From positions 1 through 38,159 of the forward strand of contig DAOUZN010000002.1 in assembly GCA_030665585.1 (NCBI GenBank): a DNA stretch of 38,159 bases. The letters are read 5' to 3'. The notes under the pieces are model-generated. The model was not told the origin of the DNA. It saw only the letters and a list, made by a program, of their open reading frames with translations, and made no database searches. Shown here in pieces: positions 8,340-14,860 of the stretch (its first letter is position 1; each line of letters begins with the position of its first letter). The translations under genes were made by a program, and so were the position numbers. The stretch comes from Deltaproteobacteria bacterium (GTDB lineage Bacteria; Desulfobacterota; Desulfobacteria; Desulfobacterales; C00003060).

Positions 8340-9857
8340 ATGGGGGGTTTTGTTGTTTACCGGGGAAAATCCGATCGAAAAACCCTAGAAGACATGTTCG
8401 AAAAGATAGAACATCGAGGACGATACACCTCAGGCATCTTCGAGAACAACGGCACGTTCATGGCCCAGAATTATCTTGAGGCCGACGGCGCTGGGGATGG
8501 CAGCAGTATTATTCCAGTAAGGAGTTCTTCGAACCCAAATCTCAGGATCTGTTATGATGGCCAGATAGGGAATAGCAGGGAACTGGTGCGTGCTTGTGGG
8601 ATATCTGAGGGGCCCTTCAGCGAGGAACGCTTGCTTCTCCACCTGTACGAAAAACACGGTTTCGATATGTTGGACCGTCTGAATGATGCCATCTTCGCCT
8701 TCGTTATTTCTGACGGCGAGGATTTTTTTGCAGCACGCGATGTTTTGGGCATCAAGACACTCTTTTATGGCTCAAAGAACGGAACGATGTACCTTTCCTC
8801 GGAACTGAAGAGCATCTTGGAGGTAACAGAAGACGTCCGGGAGTTTCCACCCGGACACCATATGGACCGGCAATGTGTTTTCGGGCGGTTTGCGGCACTC
8901 CCCCAGGCCCCACCAGAAAGCTTGGACATTGAACCTGAGGGAATGGCGAAAGAAATCCACACTATGATCCAGCGGAGCCTCCGCAACCGTGTCGACTTCC
9001 GTCTTCCAACAGGAAGCCTCCTCAGCGGTGGCATCGACAGCAGCGTGATCGCCTGCTTGGCCAGTGAGGCCTATAGGGAAAAGTTCGGAAAAGATGCCCA
9101 ACTCAAGACCTTTGCCCTGGGCGTTGGAGAAAGCGAGGATATCAAGAACGCTAGGGCAATGGCTGAACACATCAATTCAGATCATCATGAATTGATTGTG
9201 GATCTTGAACAGATTCTCGCAGTCTTACCCCACGTGATCTATCATCTGGAGTCATTCGACCCCTCCTTGGTTCGAAGTGCAGCTTCAAACTACCTCATCT
9301 CCCGACATGCCAGTGATCATGGCATCCAGGTGCTTCTGTCCGGTGAGGGAGGAGATGAGGTGTTTTGCGGATATACCTACTTGAAGGACTTCCCTTTGGA
9401 GGAGCAGTTCTCGCGCCAGGTAGAATGTCTGGGATTTTTGCATAACAACGCCTCATTGCGGCTGGATCGCATGAATTTGTGCCACGGCGTTCGAGTTGTA
9501 GCTCCTCTCATATCAGGGGAATTGCTCAACTACGCCCTGGCCATTCCTCCGAAATACAAGCAAATGCCAACGGAAGATGGAAAGATCGAGAAATGGATCT
9601 TCCGAAAAGCCTTTGAGGCAATGTTGCCAAGAAAGGTGGCTTGGCGAACCAAACAGGAATTTTCACAGGGATCAGGATCTGCAGGAGTACTGCCGGCCCA
9701 TTTTGAAGAGACCGTAACGGACGAAGAGTTGGCCCAAGCCCAGGCAGAGCACCCTATCGTCCGAAGTAAGGAAGAACTACACTACTTCCGAATTTTCACA
9801 GAGCATTTCGGCTCAGGTCAAGCCGTCAACACAGTGGGGCAGTGGATATCTCTGTGA
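8340..9857 (+). CDS. Asparagine synthetase B-like PP-loop ATP-dependent amidoligase with a degenerate glutaminase domain
   Basis: PP-loop SLLSGGIDSSVIACLA and an AsnB-like C-terminal domain. The N-terminus is MGGFVVY instead of MC(G/S)I, so the Cys nucleophile is absent, and NGEIYN is replaced by DGQIGN. It starts 23 bp after the preceding methyltransferase gene and has an AGGAAGGAGGA RBS. Confidence 0.75.
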   Translation: MGGFVVYRGKSDRKTLEDMFEKIEHRGRYTSGIFENNGTFMAQNYLEADGAGDGSSIIPVRSSSNPNLRICYDGQIGNSRELVRACGISEGPFSEERLLLHLYEKHGFDMLDRLNDAIFAFVISDGEDFFAARDVLGIKTLFYGSKNGTMYLSSELKSILEVTEDVREFPPGHHMDRQCVFGRFAALPQAPPESLDIEPEGMAKEIHTMIQRSLRNRVDFRLPTGSLLSGGIDSSVIACLASEAYREKFGKDAQLKTFALGVGESEDIKNARAMAEHINSDHHELIVDLEQILAVLPHVIYHLESFDPSLVRSAASNYLISRHASDHGIQVLLSGEGGDEVFCGYTYLKDFPLEEQFSRQVECLGFLHNNASLRLDRMNLCHGVRVVAPLISGELLNYALAIPPKYKQMPTEDGKIEKWIFRKAFEAMLPRKVAWRTKQEFSQGSGSAGVLPAHFEETVTDEELAQAQAEHPIVRSKEELHYFRIFTEHFGSGQAVNTVGQWISL

Positions 9858-9985
9858 GTCATTCTATGTAAGAAGAAAGGTGCCCATAAAAAAGACCAAA
9901 CAGGCTACACATGTAGGGAGGTGACTTAGGGACGTCTATGATTTTATGCTTTATATTGGGAAAAAGAAAGTGATAATGACGAGGC

Positions 9986-10051
9986 ATGCCAAGAAAAGCA
10001 AGGATAGACACGCCTGGAGCTTTCCATCATATCATCATCAGGGGCATAGAC
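9986..10051 (+). pseudogene. Fragment 1 of a Y1 (IS200/RAYT-like) transposase, first ~22 codons only
   Basis: MPRKARIDTPGAFHHIIIRGID matches the conserved N-terminus of the IS200-like / REP-associated tyrosine transposase family. Similarity stops exactly where repeat R1 begins. Confidence 0.6.
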
Positions 10052-10115
10052 TCGAACGGGACGGTCATGCATTTATGCGTTTTACTTGGAGCCAAATGAT
10101 GGTATGGGCATGACC
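10049..10115 (+). repeat. 67-bp direct repeat R1 (partner R2 at 10829-10895)
   Basis: GACTCGAACGGGACGGTCATGCATTTATGCGTTTTACTTGGAGCCAAATGATGGTATGGGCATGACC versus R2, with about 58 of 67 positions identical by eye. The offset is exactly 780 bp. Confidence 0.85.
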
Positions 10116-10307
10116 ATGCCGCGGAGAGCCCGGATAGATGCCCCCGGTGCGTTGCATCATGTTATTTGCCGGGGAATTGAGCGTCAGGTGATCTTTCAGG
10201 ATAATGCCGAGAGGGATGATTTTGTTAACAGGCTTGGCAGAATCCTGAGTGAGACCTCAACACCGTGTTATGCCTGGGCATTGATCCCGAATCACCAGTT
10301 ATGTTGA
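10116..10307 (+). pseudogene. Fragment 2 of a Y1 (IS200/RAYT-like) transposase, N-terminal ~60 aa, truncated
   Basis: MPRRARIDAPGALHHVICRGIERQVIFQDNAERDDFVNRLG...LIPNH then a stop. The family normally continues NHFHLL..., so the catalytic C-terminal part is missing. Confidence 0.65.
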
Positions 10308-10383
10308 GCTCAACATAAAAAATGGGTAACGAGTGGGACATTCAGCAGGAATGGGCAGCTGCCTAACGTAAGGTCACACATTG

Positions 10384-10782
10384 ATGAAGTACTATAGTGT
10401 TTATGTGAGGGTTGATTTGGACGAGCCACTGGAAATGCCTCCGCTCCGGAACTCCACAAAGCCTTGGTATTCCGTTGGCTATTTCCAAACCTTCTTCTGC
10501 ACCGAGAAATCCAAAGATAAGGCCAAGATGCTCGTTTGTGACTACTTCAAGAGCCAAAAAGAAAAACCCAATTCTTACAAGTTGACATTTGAGCGAATCG
10601 CATGGATGCGATGGATTACAAAACGTGAGCAGATCGCTTTTGGCTTGACGGCCGATCTTACGGAGGAGATGTTTTCCAAAAGAGACCAAATCGGAATCTG
10701 GTATGCAGGTGACAAGGAACACTTCGTAAGCGGGGAAGACTACGCCGTCACTATGCTGGAGGAATACAACGAGAACTTATAA
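10384..10782 (+). CDS. Hypothetical protein (132 aa from ATG 10384), no recognisable family
   Basis: Clean ORF in a visibly AT-richer stretch. No motif recognised. It lies between the two R repeats. Confidence 0.4.
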   Translation: MKYYSVYVRVDLDEPLEMPPLRNSTKPWYSVGYFQTFFCTEKSKDKAKMLVCDYFKSQKEKPNSYKLTFERIAWMRWITKREQIAFGLTADLTEEMFSKRDQIGIWYAGDKEHFVSGEDYAVTMLEEYNENL

Positions 10783-10790
10783 CAACCGAG

Positions 10791-10840
10791 CGCGTCAAAC
10801 GCGCGTCAAACGTCAAACGACTCAAACGGACTCAAACGGG
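10791..10840 (+). repeat. Iteron-like cluster of five TCAAACG units
   Basis: CGCGTCAAACGCGCGTCAAACGTCAAACGACTCAAACGGACTCAAACGGG. The last unit merges into repeat R2. Confidence 0.7.
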
Positions 10841-10895
10841 ACGGTCATGCATTTATGCGTTTTGTTTGGGGCGAAATCATGGTATGGGCGTGAAC
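10829..10895 (+). repeat. 67-bp direct repeat R2 (partner R1 at 10049-10115)
   Basis: See R1. R2 replaces the 5' part of higB. Confidence 0.85.
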
Positions 10896-11066
10896 AATGC
10901 TGCACCAAGATTAAATGATCTACGAATTCCGCCGGGTAATCAATTTGAGACTTTGAAAGGTGACCGTAAAGGCCAACACAGCATACGAATCAACGACCAA
11001 TGGCGGATATGTTTCAAATGGAGCGATGGCGATGCGTATGATGTTGAAATCACAGATTATCATTAG
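10866..11066 (+). pseudogene. higB: 5'-truncated HigB-type (RelE/ParE superfamily) toxin remnant
   Basis: The C-terminal two thirds are typical (PPGNQFETLKGDRKGQHSIRINDQWRICFKWSDGDAYDVEITDYH), but about 35-40 N-terminal residues are missing. The track ORF begins with TTG inside repeat R2. Confidence 0.6.
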
Positions 11067-11075
11067 GAGAATCCT

Positions 11076-11384
11076 ATGAAAAAGAAAAAGCTTCCTCCTA
11101 TCCATCCAGGCGAAATTCTTATTGATGAATTCTTAGAGCCCATGGGGATCAGCCAATACCGGCTGTCCAAGGATATAAGTGTACCCCCAAGGCGCATAAA
11201 CGAAATTGTGCATGGAAAAAGATCCATTACTGCAGATACTGCCCTTCGTTTGGGACGGTTTTGCGGCATGTCACCTCAGTTTTGGCTAAATCTCCAGACG
11301 CGTCATGATCTTGAAGTGACTGAGGATTTGCTTGAGGACCGGCTTGATGGTGAGGTACACCCTCTTCAAGTCCAAACAGGATAA
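11076..11384 (+). CDS. higA: HigA-type antitoxin, XRE-family HTH
   Basis: IHPGEILIDEFLEPMGISQYRLSKDISVPPRRINEIVHGKRSITADTALRLGRFCGMSPQFWLNLQ is the canonical HigA/VapI pattern. It starts 9 bp after the higB remnant. Confidence 0.85.
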   Translation: MKKKKLPPIHPGEILIDEFLEPMGISQYRLSKDISVPPRRINEIVHGKRSITADTALRLGRFCGMSPQFWLNLQTRHDLEVTEDLLEDRLDGEVHPLQVQTG

Positions 11385-11645
11385 TATGTACTGAGGTTAC
11401 AACCTTGCTGATGAAGATGGACTGGAAAAAACCTGGCGGTTTTCCCCAGCCACTTATCAGCCCGTTGATAACATAGGGTATATCGTCATTTTTTGACCGA
11501 GAAATCCGCCAAGACTGAGTTAGCCAGCCACAGCCCCATTCCAAATCTGACGTCCTTTACCCTGATGACTGCTTTCGAGAATCTTGGTTCCCCGAACTGC
11601 ACCTCAAGGGTTTGGCAAACGCCGTAATATCAACTAGATCTCTAC

Positions 11646-12500
11646 TTGACATGGAATCATGCGGTAGAGCACATACGGCTTTTTGGCACCGCAAATCAAA
11701 GTCAGGCCGAAAACAAGCAACCGAGATCTGAATCAGCGAACCAGGCGGGGCAGCAGGCATTGACCAAGGACATATTCTTCGAAATACACCGAGACCTTCC
11801 AAGGGAGGGCCCCGGAAGAAACGAATACACAAGAAAGGCATTCCGGATGCTTCCCGTATCGGACAACCCTCGTATCTTGGATGTGGGCTGCGGCCCCGGG
11901 GGCCCGACTCTGGAACTTGCTAGGTTGAGTCATGGGCAGGTAGTAGGATTGGACATCCACCAGCCTTACCTAGATGAACTCACGAGAAAGATCGAACAGG
12001 CAGGACTCTCGGACCGTGTCAAGGCTGTCAACTGCTCTATGTTCGAGATGGATTTTGCGGATGAGAGCTTCGACATCATCTGGGCTGAAGGCTCCATATT
12101 CATCATTGGTTTTGAAAGGGGCCTCAATGAGTGGCGGCGGTTCCTTAAGCCCAATGGGTTCTTGGTGGTCCATGAGATGACTTGGTTGCGTCCAGATCCC
12201 CCACAGGAGATCTTCGACTACTGGAAGTCGTCCTATCCTGGGATCAGCTCCGTCTCAGAGAACCTGGAACGGCTCCGTGGCTGCCTCTACCACCTTATCG
12301 GCCATTTCACATTGCCCGAGGATGCCTGGTGGCTTGAGTATTATAGGCCTCTCGAAAAGCGAATCCGGCAGCTTCGCGTGAAATATGTCGATGACTCTGA
12401 GACTCTTGTCGTGTTAGACAAAGAACAACGTGAGATAGATTTGTATAGGAAGTACCACAAGTGGTATGGCTCTGTGTTTTTTGTTATGAAGAAGAGATAA
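11646..12500 (+). CDS. Class I SAM-dependent methyltransferase
   Basis: Motif I is ILDVGCGPGGPTLELA, followed by VVGLDI and FDIIWAEGSIF. The track start is TTG and no in-frame ATG lies nearby, so the start is uncertain. Confidence 0.7.
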   Translation: MTWNHAVEHIRLFGTANQSQAENKQPRSESANQAGQQALTKDIFFEIHRDLPREGPGRNEYTRKAFRMLPVSDNPRILDVGCGPGGPTLELARLSHGQVVGLDIHQPYLDELTRKIEQAGLSDRVKAVNCSMFEMDFADESFDIIWAEGSIFIIGFERGLNEWRRFLKPNGFLVVHEMTWLRPDPPQEIFDYWKSSYPGISSVSENLERLRGCLYHLIGHFTLPEDAWWLEYYRPLEKRIRQLRVKYVDDSETLVVLDKEQREIDLYRKYHKWYGSVFFVMKKR

Positions 12501-12708
12501 TAAGAGTTCAACGTGGTAGGGAAACTGTGGGTCTTGAGAGCTCTACACTTCAGGGTCGTAAAGGAGAAAGTATTGTCAGTCTAGCCACTCGCCAAAACGA
12601 ACCCAAATTGCTGCTTAGATTGGTCCACTTGGCTCGAAGGTCGTCGGTGTTTAAGCAAGTGATCCAGGGAGTTCTCCGGCACAACCCAGTGGACTGCCGA
12701 CTATGGGC

Positions 12709-14457
12709 TCATTCAACATCTTTGCCGCCAACCACATCCGTGATAGGGGGCCGGCGGTGGGGATGAAACACCCCGATCTTCAAGCGCTTGAAATAATCGT
12801 CCAGGCCTTTGACGGCAAGGTGCCCCATGGTGAGTACGATGAGCATGTTGGCCCATAACATCCAGCCGGTGCCAAAATCGGCCAGGGCCCCGAGTTCGGT
12901 ATTGTTTTTCACCAGGAAAGCGCCCACGACCGCCAGGAGAAGGAATACAAGCTGGTATGGCAGAACAGATCTCTTGCCGAACATGTACACCATGCCCTGC
13001 TCCCCGTAGTAACTCCACGAGATCATGGTCGAGACGGCAAACAACCAAGCGGCAAGGGTCACCAGCCACTTGCCAAGGCCCGGGAAGGCACGATCAAAGG
13101 CAAGGCCCGTCAGGCTGGCACCCGCAAGGTTTCGAAAGACGCCCTTAATGGGTCGGCCCGCTTTGTCAATCACCCACTGGGCGCCGATGGGTACTTCGTC
13201 CCATGTAATCGTTTGCGGTCTTCCCAGAACATCGCCCTGAATCGTCCCGTATACCCTGATACGTTCCCGTTGTCCTTCTTGATCAGCCGGTTTTTTGAGC
13301 AGGAAAAATACCTGGGTATTCACTTTCCAGCTTTCGCCCACCGGAAGTTCGGGCAGAGCGCTCACCTGGTCCGGCGCCATCAGCACGATCTTGCCTTCCT
13401 TTTCCACAAGTCGAACGGTACCCGTCATCTCACCGGCGGGTCCGCGGTTCCAAGTGCCGGTGGAAATGATGACCAGAGCGGTGAGGCTGCATATGCAAAG
13501 CGTGTCAATAAACGGGCCCATGCCACCTACGATCCCTTCCCGGGCGGGTTCATTGGTTTTGGCCGCCGCATGCGCTATGGGCGCCGAACCCAGGCCCGCT
13601 TCGTTTGAAAATAATGCCCGTTTCATCCCCTGAGCGAAGACGAATCCGAATGTTCCGCCCAGAAAGGCGCCTGCAGCCTCGGTCTTCCCAAAGGCGCACT
13701 TGAAAATCAGGACGAACATGGCTGGAATTTCCTGGACGTTTGCAGCCAAGACAGCCAATGCCGAAAGCAGATAAAGAATGCACATCACAGGAACAAGCCT
13801 CGCAGCCACCTGGCCGATTCGTTTGATACCGCCCACGATAACCAATCCCACCAGAATGGCTAGAACAATACCGGTGGCTATTTTTGGGACCCCAAAGTAA
13901 TTGAGCGTCAAGTCCGCCACATTCCATGTCTGGAACATATTACCGCCTGCCATGGTCATGATCAGCAGCGTGATACAGAAAATAAAGCCGATGGTCTTCG
14001 CCACCACACGGGAGAATCCGCCTCTAGCGCCTAGTGTTTTATCGATGACCCACATCGCCCCGCCATGGGGGTCATCCGGGTCATGCGTGTTGCGGTACAA
14101 CATGGCCAGGGTAATCTCCACAGACTTGAGCGCCATGCCGAGAAATCCAACAATCCACATCCAGAACAGGGCACCAGGTCCCCCCAGGGCGATGGCCACA
14201 GCGACACCGCCGATGTTCCCCAACCCAATGGTTGCGGACAGGGCGGCCGAAAGCGCCTGGAAATGGTTGATGGCGCCCGGATCATCCGGGTTGTCATACA
14301 CGCCACGGGTGACGGCCACCCCATGGGTGAGGACCTTGAACTGTGAGAACTTGGTCCAGACTGTAAAAAGTATGCCTGCTCCGAGCAAAACATAAAGGGT
14401 CCACGGACCCCACAGGAAGCCATTGAGGCGACCGATCATCTCCATAAACTCTCCCAT
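12709..14457 (-). CDS. Alanine/glycine:cation symporter (AGCS) family transporter with a ~105-aa internal insertion
   Basis: FQALSAALSATIGLGNIGGVAVAIALGGPGALFWMW and SNEAGLGSAPIAHAAAKT are AGCS hallmarks. 582 aa, with a non-hydrophobic segment at about residues 336-443. Confidence 0.8.
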   Translation of the reverse strand: MGEFMEMIGRLNGFLWGPWTLYVLLGAGILFTVWTKFSQFKVLTHGVAVTRGVYDNPDDPGAINHFQALSAALSATIGLGNIGGVAVAIALGGPGALFWMWIVGFLGMALKSVEITLAMLYRNTHDPDDPHGGAMWVIDKTLGARGGFSRVVAKTIGFIFCITLLIMTMAGGNMFQTWNVADLTLNYFGVPKIATGIVLAILVGLVIVGGIKRIGQVAARLVPVMCILYLLSALAVLAANVQEIPAMFVLIFKCAFGKTEAAGAFLGGTFGFVFAQGMKRALFSNEAGLGSAPIAHAAAKTNEPAREGIVGGMGPFIDTLCICSLTALVIISTGTWNRGPAGEMTGTVRLVEKEGKIVLMAPDQVSALPELPVGESWKVNTQVFFLLKKPADQEGQRERIRVYGTIQGDVLGRPQTITWDEVPIGAQWVIDKAGRPIKGVFRNLAGASLTGLAFDRAFPGLGKWLVTLAAWLFAVSTMISWSYYGEQGMVYMFGKRSVLPYQLVFLLLAVVGAFLVKNNTELGALADFGTGWMLWANMLIVLTMGHLAVKGLDDYFKRLKIGVFHPHRRPPITDVVGGKDVE

Positions 14458-14860
14458 GGCCTTATGACTCCTTTCTCCCTTGTGTGATGGTGCGATAAAG
14501 AGCCCTCGACGGATAACTTATGCCTAATTTGGTCAAAAACCGCAAGGGCTTGCGCTGATCTCTCATGATTGGGCACCGCCTGAGCTCATCCCGGTCACGG
14601 GGGTCTCTGTCAATTTTATGACGAATGGTCGCGCCCACGGGCAGAAGGCGTTCATCTTCTCATGACCCTGACCAACAGGTGTTTCTTTGCCTCCCGGTCT
14701 GGGCCCTGCCAGTGAAGGCCCCCTGGCCGTCCGCTCCACCCGTATTGACCTTGGTGAATGGCATGGCTTTTGCTGGATCTAACAAAGAAATCAACGGGAT
14801 TGGTCTGGCTGAACTTGCGATTAGACCTTGGTGGTGTGTGGCAGGGAAATCACAAAACGT

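Noticed and set aside
11227-11841. ORFs 11227-11544(-) and 11557-11841(-) in the gap between higA and the methyltransferase
   Set aside because: They overlap higA or the methyltransferase N-terminus in antisense and have no recognisable family. They might include a decayed gene remnant, but I cannot support a call.
14458-14860. Glycine riboswitch upstream of the AGCS symporter, a common association
   Set aside because: I read the minus-strand leader and did not find the tandem GGAGAG...CACCG...AAGGGGC-type aptamer cores. It shows only a TTGACA box (14613-14608) and a short hairpin plus T-run (about 14540-14560). A covariance-model scan (Rfam RF00504) would settle it.
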